The position numbers and the translations under genes were made by a program. Below, one piece after another: positions 1 to 12,071 of a stretch of DNA of 64,000 bases. Numbering within the stretch: the first letter of the stretch is position 1; every line of letters starts with the position of its first letter. The stretch is from Trypanosoma brucei (Eukaryota). The notes under the pieces were generated by a model. That model did no database searches and was not told the origin of the DNA. It was given only the letters and a program-made list of their open reading frames with translations. The stretch lies in the NCBI GenBank assembly GCA_000002445.1, contig AL929603.2:96001-160000 (forward strand), given 5' to 3'.

Positions 1-2051
1 CTTGAATCTCACTCTGCCAGTTCGGTTACTCAGAAATGATACGCACCACTTCACAATGTGGGGTGATACCTTCATTCTGTGCATTTCCCTCGCAATTTTG
101 TCGTGGTCTACTGTATCAAATGCCTTCTCGTAGTCAACGAATACAGCACCCGTACGATATTGGTGCGTGGGACGGCAGAGGGCAGCGCGGACGTGCAGGA
201 GTTGTTCGAGCGTTGAGCATCCGGGGCGAAAGCCTGATTGCTGCGGCGTCAGCTGGGACTCAACAGTGTCTCTAAGTCTCGCGGCAATTATGCGCTCCAT
301 GACTTTGCAGAGACAGCTCGTGAGCGTCACAGGCCTGTAAGAATCGAGGTCCTCCGCCTTTTTTCCGGCCTTCAGGATGGGGATGATAACACCAGTCTTC
401 CATGCAGGCGGCACGACTCCCGTTCGTAGGCTCTCATTGAATAGCCTCAGAACAACATTCAGCGCTGTTCTGCCGAGATGTTGCAGTGCCTCGTTGTATA
501 AGCAATCAGGTCCGGCTGCGGATCCACTCGGTAGCAGTTTGATCGATCTCCGTAGTTCAGCCATCGTGATGGGACTGAACTCACTCGCTATCGTCTTTAT
601 TGGTGCCGGTGGGTGTGAGTCGGGGTGCCTTCTTGCGCGGGACGAGTACAGTTTACTGAACCTCTCAGCTTGACGGTAGTCCGTGATGGCCGCGTTATCT
701 ACAAGTACAGCCGGTGTGGTTAGTGGTCGTGGCGCATATACCTTCTTGACAATGTGCCAACTGCAGCGGTCTGACACCGCAAGTCTGGAGCATAGCGTGC
801 TCCATCTCTTCTTTGTGGTACGGTCCAGGATCTGCTTACGCGTGGCTACCAACTTTTCCCTTCGGTGGGAGGGTCCGCATCCAGCGATCTCTTCATCGAG
901 TTTCGCGAGCTCAGGTGTCCAATGTGGTGGCGTTGCTCTGCAGCCACGGGGGACGGAGACCTTCGTCGCAATGCGGATGGCGGAGCTCAATTTCTGTTCC
1001 AGGGTGTTGACGTTCTTCTCTCTACCAATTTTCCTGCAGAGCTCGTCAACCTTGAGACGGAAATTCCTCCAGTTAGCTTTTAGCCATGCGTACATGGGCT
1101 TTTGAAGCCGCGGGCAACTCAGTGCATCTGTGTCGTCTCCAACGATAACGTCGAAAAATATGTGATGGTGATCGCTATCGGGAGAATACAGCGATGTCCA
1201 CGTGTACACTGTGCAATTCCTTGACAGTGTCACATCAGGGGTGGACTCCCCGTGGTGGCGCGCGTACCTGGTGCACTCACCAGTGTTGCAGACCAGAAAC
1301 TGGTTGTCAATGCACCACTGTGTGAGGGTTTCACCCTTGGTATTTGGTGGGCTCGCGCGATCCCATGCCAACGCGTGTGCGTTAGCGTCTGCACCGATGA
1401 GCTGGGCACCGTCAGTCGTCAGAAGCGTATCTAGGTCAGTTGCCGTGAAGGTGTGTTTTGGTGGGATGTATGCCGACGTGACAGTCAGCGCCGTTCCACG
1501 TGCAAGGTGAATTGTTGCATGCACTTGTTCAATGCGACCAATAACGGCCATACCGGTCTCGACTGGTAGGTCCTCCCTCACTAGTATTGATACACCACCT
1601 CCTTTGCAGTTACGAGCTATTCCGTGATGTTGGTAGCCAGCAACGCTAAAGCAAGCCGCCTCTCCAGGCGTCATCCTTGTCTCGCTCAACAGACAAAAGG
1701 CGATCCGCTCATCAACAAGGGTTTTGTGGAGTGCTAATCTCTTTCCTTGAGATAGCCCGGCGCAGTTCCACTGCATCCCGCGCAACGACGGGCCGGGATT
1801 CTCTTCCACATCACCGGACAGCAGCATCTTAGTGCGGATGATACTGCTGATGGCACGCTGGCACGTGCCCAGGGACCGACAAATGAAAGACGGTGTCCCA
1901 GCAAGACGCTGCTGATCCCTGTGCTGTATGATGCCGTAGCCGGAGCACAGCAGTGTTCCCCATGAAAGGAACGCTGCTGGCTCTTGGCTTCCCCCGATGA
2001 TACGGGGTACTGGACCCTGGCACCACGTTGAGGTGGCCGGCATCGCCAGGG
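1..2051 (-). mobile_element. ingi non-LTR retrotransposon, 5' ~2 kb (RIME-A half, APE-like endonuclease, start of RT), truncated by the window edge
   Basis: The reverse complement matches the ingi at 26518..28519. For example, the + ORF at 36..275 equals the - ORF at 28245..28484, and the - ORF at 1734..2105 equals the + ORF at 26464..26835. The 5' end CCCTGGCGATGCCGGCCACC lies at 2051..2032 on the minus strand. The main frame reads ...LPVETGMAVIGRIEQVHATIHLARGTALTV. A 48-bp indel relative to the second copy lies near 900..950. Confidence 0.9.
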
Positions 2052-3080
2052 TTTGGAGCAGAAACGAGCCAACACCAAATGATTTCCCAATACCTGGAGT
2101 GCCAACGAGGACGCAAGGTATCTTTTTTTTATTCACGCCTGGCCCTAACCACAAATCCAGCCTCTGCTTCACAAGATACCACACTCTCATTACCTCTCGA
2201 CGAATGTACACATCCCGGTCAAACACGTAGTCTCCTGGTTCCTCCGCACCCTCTTGAATTACACTTCGCGGAATACGGAAACGGTTAAACGGCCAACCCT
2301 TCTGCGAGGTGAGCACAGCAATCTCTAAATTACCGTGACGAGGCAGTGGGTCGCACAAGTCATAAGGCGTGTGACTGACATTCACCTCCTCTTCTGTCCA
2401 CAACTCGGGCTCGCCGTCACTATTACCCACAACCTTCATGCCAAGAGGTAAATCATTGTGGCCCGATTCCACATAACCCCACGTCGCATTGTATACGGAT
2501 TCATATACTCCTTTCAGTTCGACACCATCAGCTGTTTGGTGAGCTCGTTTCCTTGCTTCTTTGGCGGCCGCCAACGCTCCATCCAACATTCCCCTCGCCA
2601 CGGGACCAACAAATTCCCTTATTTCCCCTCTTCCCTTCTCCTCCCACTGCCGGAGGTAGTAAATTTCCTTCTCAGACAGATAAATAGCTGCCCTCACTGT
2701 TTTAAATTCATCAAGCCGCCGTATCCTTCCTAGAATCCCGGCATCCAAAATATAATACTCCGGGCTCTGAACAAACACATCCATTGCCACATTCTCTGTG
2801 TCATACGTATTAGAGAATTTTTTCAGCAGAAAGTCATGCAACTTCATATCCCTCAAACCCTCACAGCGTTGCAGCAATACATCTTCAATAGAACTATTCA
2901 TCGTCCAGTTGGGCCCCTCTTCAGTTCTCTGCCGTATTTGTGGAGGCTGAGCAGCAGCAGCAGCAGGAGGTGGCGGTACATTTTCATCCCGTGGCCTCCT
3001 CATGGGCCCTTCAATATTACCTGCCACTTGTTGGTTTTCATTATTTCCTTGTGGAGCTGCGGGACTATTTGCTCTTGACA
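2052..3080 (-). pseudogene. RHS: RHS (retrotransposon hot spot) gene 5' portion, interrupted by the ingi immediately after the P-loop
   Basis: The minus-strand translation runs from the Met at 3078. It reads MSRANSPAAPQGN...NTYDTENVAMDVFVQSPEYYIL...GRGEIREFVGPVARGMLDGAL...VYNATWGYVESGHNDLPLGMKVVGN...VYIRREVMRVWYLV...GTPGIGKSFGVGSFLLQTL. It then continues in frame into the ingi (AMPATSTWCQ). The ESIYNAKW/ATWGYV and GxPGIGKS motifs are typical of RHS. Confidence 0.85.
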
Positions 3081-6000
3081 TAACTCTCCTAATATTATTA
3101 ACTTAACTTCCTTTCCTTTTCTTTTTTCTCTGAAATTATAAATAACTGAAGTAAAGTAACATATGAGGAAAATAATAGCGGGTGAACAGTGTAACATAAT
3201 ATCAAAAGTGATCAAGCATGCTAATGTTTATTCACTATCATTTGTATAATATGATATCAAAATGTATTTGGTATTGAGAAGAGCAATTTCAAAATATAGC
3301 AGCTGTAAATAAATATTTCCCTTGCTTCATTATCATGTGCTAAATATAATGAACTTCATACACCATTTCTTTTTTAAACCATATATAATATGGAAACGAA
3401 AAATATTACTGCCTCATACACCTGCATCAACACTTCGTATATATAATCAACATTTACAAAAAGTCAAATTCTATTGATTAAAATCAAGTAAAACAATAAA
3501 CAATAAAAATATATGGATATTAATGAAACGAAGAAAAAGATTATCGGAACAACACATAGATACATACACACATGAATACGCACTACACAATTGCTTCTTT
3601 GTATATCCTCCCCATTTTTACAATTCATAATATTCACTTGCATTGAATAAACTCATTGAAAATATAAATCACCTATCCCCTCCCCCGTGTATTCACTTAC
3701 TTCCAAAGGAGAATATTAAATAATGTCTGTAGGACAGGTAAAAAAAAACTGATAGTCTTTTTGCATCAGATAACCAGTGAGTATTTCTGTTTACTTTCAT
3801 AATAAATAAAAACATCATTTTGCCTTCAGTTAAAATAAAATTTAATTACTTGCCTCCTCACTGTTCACAACTGTCAACAACTAATTCAGCCCCACACATT
3901 CATATGAATCTGATGTGCCATCATTGTTTGATGAATTCACACACCTTTTATGATAGCGATGATACAACACATTGTAAAAAATTGGAATAAAATTAATACA
4001 ATTAATTGAGGAACCCATGAAAGACTATCATAACATTTTTAAAATTTACCTCCTTTCATTTACACAAATTAAATATGTAATGAGACAATTCCCTTTCAGT
4101 ACCTGTCCACACTTATTGTATCATCATTGTAAGTTTCCTATTGCTCACATACACGAAGCTATTGGAGTAACAAAAAATAAAACAACACATCTAAACAACT
4201 TGAAACTATATATAATAAATAAATAAAGGTAATAGAGAGAATGAGCGTGAACTGACAGATAATAAAATGAAACACGTCTCGCACTTTCCTTATAAATATT
4301 CAATAGTTGGTATGTTACAAATAAAAACAATTACACATTATAGAAAGGAAGGGATATAATTACATTATACACCTGTATGTGGATATGTAACAGTGAGTCA
4401 TAGTAGAAATAAATTGCCTAAACACAATAGTTATGGAAGATAAAATAATTCAAAATATCAATAATATTATTCTATCAACATTCCCTTCCTTCTCCATTAA
4501 GTTTTCAATGGTTTCAAATAATAATTCACATAATCCCATACATGTGTTACGATGGGTATTGCATGCAGTACCATCTAAAGGAAGTGCAACTCATATAACA
4601 TTTTCAAAAAAAGGTATTGAATGGTTGTTTGCTACCATCAATTACATTTCCAATGCCTAATTACACTTTTATATGCATGAAGGAAGTTACTGATGATAAC
4701 TTTGACATGCTCGAGAATTCATAACACAAAGCAGCAGCTGCATGCAATAAAAAATAAAAATATAAATAACATCCGAATTCATTTACCGACAGATGAGTGC
4801 AATTCATTCACCCAAACTTCATAGCTGTAAACATAAACTCGCTGCTTCCAATAGGAAATAATCCCGCATAAATATTGAGTATCTGAAAATGATAGCAACG
4901 GGTTTCCATTTTTGAAATATATGCATAAAATACATGAGGTATATGAAGCCATATTGGTAAAGTGTCACTACGCATGTTGCAATTTACTATCAGAAGTGTC
5001 TGCCTTATTTTATTTCTTGTGTTACTGTAACTCATGAGTATCATTCATTATTCTTTACAATACAACTGTAAGTCATTTTGCATTTTTACATATTTTCTTA
5101 TTCTCTCATACTGGAAGTATTCCACATATAAGATTCCTCAATATCGTTCACAAAATAAAAATAATTTCATTTCCTTCTGCATTCAGTTTCTCGTGTAGCA
5201 GTGTGTACTAATCATCCATAAAGTCTTTAATTTGCCAAATACATCATTACGAAACTATTTTCCACAAACAAATAAACAAACAAATCATTGGGACAATATC
5301 TTTGAGGAATTTCCTTCACTATATTTGCAGTTCAGTAGTAATTAAAATACACTTTTCTGTATAATTCAACACATGGTGGAATTGCAAAGAAATGTGATGG
5401 TACTTATAATCAATAAGTTCCCAATTTTCCTCATACGGTCTCTTTTCATGCCTTTACATCCTTATATAATTCACAGAGAATTACTGCAATTTCTTTCATA
5501 TGCTTTCAGGATTCCATAAGTCACAATACAAATAATATATATATATATTTGCTTCTACATAATTTGGACATAATATTGCTTAACATATAAATTATCACAA
5601 ACCTATGATATTACACTCCTCCTAAGAATAATAGAATCAAATTATTTCTATTTTGCATCATTACATGAAGCTTTGGAAAAGGAAAAAAAAGAATCAAACA
5701 AAAGGTAATGTAAAGAACACAGTTTTTTAATACAGATTATAACTTGTTTGTGAATTTCAGATGCAAACACAATATGTTCAAACAGGGAAACAGTAAAGGA
5801 TGTTACTGGTGATGTAAGCACAAATTAACCAAAAATAGAAACATAAATAAAATTGAAACTTATAAAAACACAAATATATATGATACAAATATTTACCATA
5901 TATTATAATTCGCCACCCTCACACTTGAATTACAAAGAGTGCATAACACGCATATGTGGTAAAGCTAATACAACTCGAATATACGTATGCGCCATCTCCT

Positions 6001-7002
6001 TAACATAATCATTCTAATATTTAGTATGTATGTCTGTGTGTGTGTAGAAATGATGAAATGTAATCGACAGTCCCTTGACTCGGAATGCGGTATTAACGTG
6101 TCTCAGATTTTAAGCATTCTTGTTCTACAAGGGAAGTCATTCGCCTTTTTTTTCCTTTTTGCGCAAACAAAAAATAAAAAGAAGAATACAGGGGTTGTAG
6201 CGGATAACTAGCTTTTTGAATCGTAGGAATATATTATGAAGCATCTACTAAGGCACAATCGTCGTTATTTCACTTTCAACACTTCTTCTGACTCTATCTA
6301 CTTTTATCCATGTTTATAAATGATACTTTTTTTTGTGAAAGTTATAACAAGAAACTAACTCGTATTTTTACTCACCGTCTTCCTTATTTCTATATTTCGC
6401 AATTGTACCATGGCAAAATATCATTCTTGTTTCCTATTTCATTGAGCAGTTATGCTTGCAGAAGAAAACAGGATGAAAATAATCAAGACCTCACCAACAG
6501 GGTCCAGACATCCTTCAAAAAAGAACGAACAAAGAAGTTAACAACGCAACCCTTCCCACAAATGAGCGTCTGTCACTGTGCAAGAAAAAACAATGGCTCT
6601 TCAACTGCACACAACACGAGAAACGATATCAGCGGCTTCAATCCCACAGTTAAAGTCACTTGACGAAACACTCCGCATATGAGACCTTTGCAAAGCAATG
6701 TATTTGCTATTAAAAAAGAAAACGCATTCCTTCACGTGCCGTTTCAACAAACTGCTAGCCAAGAACTAAGAGTATCAACACACACAGGTGATATCTACGC
6801 GTCGAATATTTGCTGCCCAGCTGACTCCAAACTCACAAAGAGGAAACAACACGTAACCACTTACAGCCCAGCTGCTAGTGTCCTTTAAGTACATACAAAT
6901 ACACAACAGCAATCATTGTCACACCACTAACTTTAGGTATCATTTAATGCGTATTTAACAAACATGATGCCCGACTCCAAATGTGAAAGGCACTTGTCAC
7001 GC

Positions 7003-7026
7003 ACCCGCCCCGCCCCCCTCCCCACC
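7003..7026. promoter_or_regulatory. C-rich / GC-box-like island (CACCCGCCCCGCCCCCCTCCCCACC) in otherwise AT-rich DNA, a possible strand-specific G-rich Pol II start-region element (speculative)
   Basis: The island is seen directly in the sequence. It is mirrored as a G-rich tract at 52209..52233. It lies between the leftward RHS at 2052..3080 and the rightward gene set. Confidence 0.2.
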
Positions 7027-10000
7027 AATTCCACAGAATGGTGGAAACAGAGCGGCAAAGGAGGAGCGGCGCGGCACTGTTAAAATAGAGCAGCTGCGCA
7101 TCAGTTGCATTGATTTTGTGGAATGCAGAGAAACCACCAGTTGAGTTTAGAGTAAAGGATGCCTCCCATAGAGCCGTGACGGCAGAATATGATGTAGACG
7201 TCGCGATTCTTTTTTTTTGTTTTGCTGCAACCTCCCGAAATGCGTTGAAACGCCAAGCGCTACCGTCACCCCCAGAGCAAAAACGTTGGGGAGAAAAAGC
7301 GGAACAATGCGTGGGTTGTGGCGCTGAAACCACAATTACCAACTGGCAAGGTGGATGGACCGCGACAGGTGAGCGGGCAAGGGGAGGTATCGCGATATGT
7401 TTGTGAAATGTGGGGAAATGTAAGAAAAGAGACCACTAAATATGATAACGATGTCAGAGCAACGAATATGAATGGCGTACAATTCCGTTCAGAAACACTG
7501 TCTGGAAACTCTGTCCGTAAAACAACAACCGGCAGCACCGACGAATTCGTAACAGAAGGTTGCGGGATGCCAGCCAAAAAAAAAACCATCAATAGGCCAC
7601 AACCACACCGAATCAGAAAGTCCATGTAAAAGTAACCAAATACACGCAGCTCAAACGCTCGAATGTTGGATACGCGGCAGGTGACACGACGGAAGGAATA
7701 TTATCCGGCGCTTGGAAGCATGTCACCACCGCAACGAATCCTCAGAAACTGGACAACTTCAAGTGTGGAGTGGCGGCTTGCATATGAACGCAGTTAATGT
7801 CAGAAAAGGGGTGAAAGGCACAGCGGGAGGAATGGCGGAGTAAAAAAGGCAGGGAGGCGGTGCCAAGACTCCCGAGCAGCCATCCGCTAAAACCTACGGC
7901 ATATGACATGTGTGTTATGGCCATCGCAGCGCAGGAGGAACTGTTGCAACAGATCAGACATGACTGTTATGGGCCCGTCACTGCCTTCAGAGGCTTTTCC
8001 AAACGAAAGGAAAGAGCGCAATGAAACAGAGTGATGCTGACGTGTGCAGAAGTCTGAAGGCATTATATCAGCGAGGTCTGTGGTGACTAAAAGCCTGAGT
8101 TGGATGCATGGTTGGAAGGGTGGTGGATCCTGCGAATAGTTGAAAGTAGGGTGCCTGTACTTTATTTCTCATATACTCGCGTGCTCCGTATACAAAATAT
8201 AAATGCGAAATGGAGCTAACAAACGCGCCAGCAAAGTGACTCTGTTCCTTTACAATGTCCAGACAATTCTTACTAAGACTCTTAAAGCTACTGGACCGAA
8301 GGAACCTCACGACCATGTGCAGCCGGCAAACGTACGAAAATGAGGAGCTGGCCGGCATCCCACCCTCTACTTGATAGCTGCTCTCAACTGGAATATCGGG
8401 GATTATGGATGGTGCAGAAAGCTCACCATTTCGTAGATTCTCCTGAATAGCAATGGAGTCTGAAGGTTAACCCAAAGAATTAAACTGTTGAACAGACCTG
8501 GTGACCCACATAGTCTTTTTTTGTGTGAAGAGTGTCGGACTGCCTTACTGCATCCCTTCGCGTGCATGCAAACTGAGCACAACGCAATGTCTCCTTTATT
8601 ATTTGAAGCATGAAAGCTCATGGATCATAGCCATGTGACAGAACGCCTTGATTACGTTAGACTGATAGGACCGCTGTGTATTTTTATCGTTTATGTTGGG
8701 ATGTGCATTTGATAGTAGCATCTGTTAATGTACAATTATTTTGATGGATTTGGCACATTACAGTGATTTCTTTTGAGAGTTTCTCTTCCCCCTCACTCTG
8801 AGTAGATGTGGGGTAACTGGTTACCTTTCTGACGTTAACATGGTTTGCCAGCTCTGTTTGGAAATGTTACGGTTTCCTCATAGACAGTTTCGAAAATTGT
8901 CCGTAAAGCTGTTTTGAATCCATGTTGCGGTTGTCACGAATCAGAAAAATTATAACGAAGACGGGTCTGCAACAAGTGATTGTGAGTAAGCGGCAATACT
9001 GCGTATCAAGTAATGTCACATCATGATGATTACAGTGCTGCTTCACAACTTCAGCATAGGGGAATGGCGGAATCGTTTCAAATGCGGAACAAATAATGAG
9101 AGTTCAATTCTTCCTTATTAAATTCCCGTGGCCGCATAAACTGTATGCAGGTGAAACATTTATCAAGGAAACTGTATTTACGAGACTTAATTCAAGGAGA
9201 GATTAGGAATGCAGATACTTCATGCTTTCACTGAACAGCCGTACATCAGACCTGTCAACTCCATTAAGTGACTGAGGAGTTAACCCATTGTAAGGTGTAT
9301 GAACATGGAGACATGGTTTGAGCAACCAACAACCAGTATTCAGTATAGTTGGCTTATGTGAAACCAAAACATCTGCATTCGTGTATGTTCAACCTGACAG
9401 CTTCGCTTACCCTTTTGTTAAGCTATAAGACACTCTTCCAGGTGTATGCAACAAAATACAGTTATGCGCGTGATCTTGCGAGTGAGGATGATAGTCTACA
9501 GGAAACATGCGAAACAGGAAAAATATATATTGAGCTGATCTGAATCCATTTGATGCAGAATGTAAGAGCACAACCCAGCTGATATTTTCGTATTAACCAA
9601 CACACTAAAGAATGATTTAAGAAGCAGGAAAAAGTTGATCCAAACAGCACTTAGCCTGGAGTTGTTTCCAATGCTCCTAGATAATAATGTGTATGATGCG
9701 TATGGGGGTTCATTACTTTTTGAGGGAGTATGAAAAAACGATGATGGGCAGAAACTGTTCGGAAGATGACAATCTTTACCATTCTTATTATTAGGTTGAC
9801 ATCCATTTTGTGATGGTTTAATGGTTTAGTATGTATGAGTGCTTTATGCTCGCTTTATTTGAACACAAACTCATGCATGCGCGAAAATTGTGAAGCTGCA
9901 TACCCACAGATATCAATTAAGGGCATCAAACTTTTGGTGTAAAGCAGTCATTTTCATATGAAGTTAGCATTCCGAAACAGTTACTTGGGAAAGGAAATTG

Positions 10001-12071
10001 AAGGTCCACCACCCTTACCAACATGCATTTTATCTGTATTTGTTGTCAAAACGGAGGTCACATATAGTCGCTGCGTAATATATTCCCTTACTTATACTCA
10101 TTAATATCCACTGACGCCTCTCTTTTCTCTCTTCGTGTGCGGGAGGCACTGCCGTCATACAGAGAGAATCGCAACATTGGATAAGAGAATGGATCTCGAG
10201 TGTGTTAGAAGGCAGTCAGAGACGATAGCAGTTGTGACGGTTGTGGTGTTCCGGGTGAATTTGGATTTGATTAATGATGAACCGCTTCGTGTAGCGGTAA
10301 GAGACCCTGATGAAACTGCATGTAAAGAAACTGGAGGAAGGGTTCACAATGGTCATAAACACGTCTTATGGATGTGATAATGTATGAAGTGAAAGTGTGG
10401 AAACAAGGTTGAGAGAAATCATGTGTGAGACTGTATTGGCCAATTTTTACAAAATGGGGATGAATTCTCTCCGTGTATGAATGCTGCGTTGGAGAGTGCA
10501 AATGATGCGTTACATGTACAAGCTGGAGAGGATGGCGACTGACGTCTGAAATTGGAATGGATGTAAAAGGCATAAAGCATTGTACCGATGCGAAAGCAAA
10601 GGGCGCATGCATGTCAACGATAGGAAACTAGTTTAGACTCTTTTTGTTCGGATATGCTTTGGCGGAAACAGTGTGCATGCAGGACCCCCGAGCATCCGAC
10701 AAAGGGATATAGAAGCGTTAACGATAGTCTCCAACTCATGGAAATCCGGCGGACATCAACTCCTCTCAATTATAAGTTACTTCGAGCTTATCAATTTCTT
10801 CCTTATGAGGTCCCATTTCCTCCACACACTTTTGCATCACAACAATGGAGAGAAGGAGAAAATGTTGAAGCGCATTATGCACTGTATCAAACTTGTTTGT
10901 GTATGTATTTGGTCTCTTCTGATATGAGTCTAACCGTTACCAACATGTTACCGGCTCTAGGAATCCATGAGCATGATGTACATAAAGTATCACGAACTTT
11001 GTGCGCGGCCCGATGTTCCACTTAGTGAGCGTCATCAAACTCAATGAGCAGAACCACATGAAAGGAGGAAATTGTGTATTTGTATGCATACATGTGTGTC
11101 AATATGTTGGTTTGTAACACTGTGGTGAGAGTAAATGGAAGTATCTTTTAATATGGAGAACACCACACATAAACACACCTCAGTGTATCGCCAAGAAATA
11201 ATGGCGGAAACGGGTCAGACAATGTTGCAAAGATATCAGTCTCAAATATATACATATGACAGTAGCCATTCTCTGGTCACACAACAAGGAAGAGCAAGGT
11301 GTAGCGTTGATTGGATGTAACGGCAGGATGAATCATTTCCTTTAGAGGACAAATGAGCAGATGCGCGTGTGCAGTCCGAACCGGCTAACTGTGAATTGCA
11401 TTTCATTGAGAAATATTTTGTTAATTCAGCAGGAAGAACGCCTTCTTTTTTCACTCTCATTTTACGCAGACATGACGGTCGATAGAGGTTTGTACCAGCT
11501 GATGCATTTACAACCGTGCACAGTGATAAATGTTAACTGATTATTCCTGTCATGTGACTCTCGAGACGTTACCAGGTGACCATGGAATTATCTTAAAGAT
11601 GTTTGGATAGAAGGGCGTCTGATAGGTGCCGGTCTTCTAATACGGCGAAAAGCTTGTAATGCATGCGTATGTTTGGTAAGATGCGAGGAAGCCATTGATT
11701 GTACTGTTGTAGTTAGCTGTTGCGCGCCGGATTGACTGGGTGTGGTTGTAGCACATCTCAGTAATGAAGTGCAGAAACCTCTCATCCATCGCAGTGATCG
11801 GCAAATATGTCTTAATTAAGTTGAATGGCAGGTGGTGTCTATGCATATGCTGGGTTGCTCGACTGCCAGAAACATGGATTAAAGCAGCAAAAGGTGTTGT
11901 CGTTTGTTTTTATCCATGCATTTGTTCAAACTATCTGTGCATCAATGAGAACTATCATTGTCTTTCAGTACAACCAACCTTTCTATACCATCACTAACAA
12001 CTCTCCTCTTCCATCCATCATTGCTAGACAAGATAACTTTCTCGATTAATTTCATTCATGATCGCACGCGT

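Noticed and set aside
238-1510. Several + strand ORFs of 60-140 aa inside the minus-strand ingi (mirrors at 27059..28484 -), including the RIME-half ORF METPESVSHWPSAHF...
   Set aside because: They are antisense or alternative-frame ORFs of the retroelement. The same spurious ORFs recur in every copy because the DNA is repeated, not because they are genes.
7110-7629. ORF pair 7110..7406 and 7318..7629 (a continuous 190 aa in the right arm at 51553..52125) plus overlapping opposite-strand ORFs
   Set aside because: They are low-complexity, overlapping on both strands and sit in a locally GC-rich tract. No recognisable domain was found.
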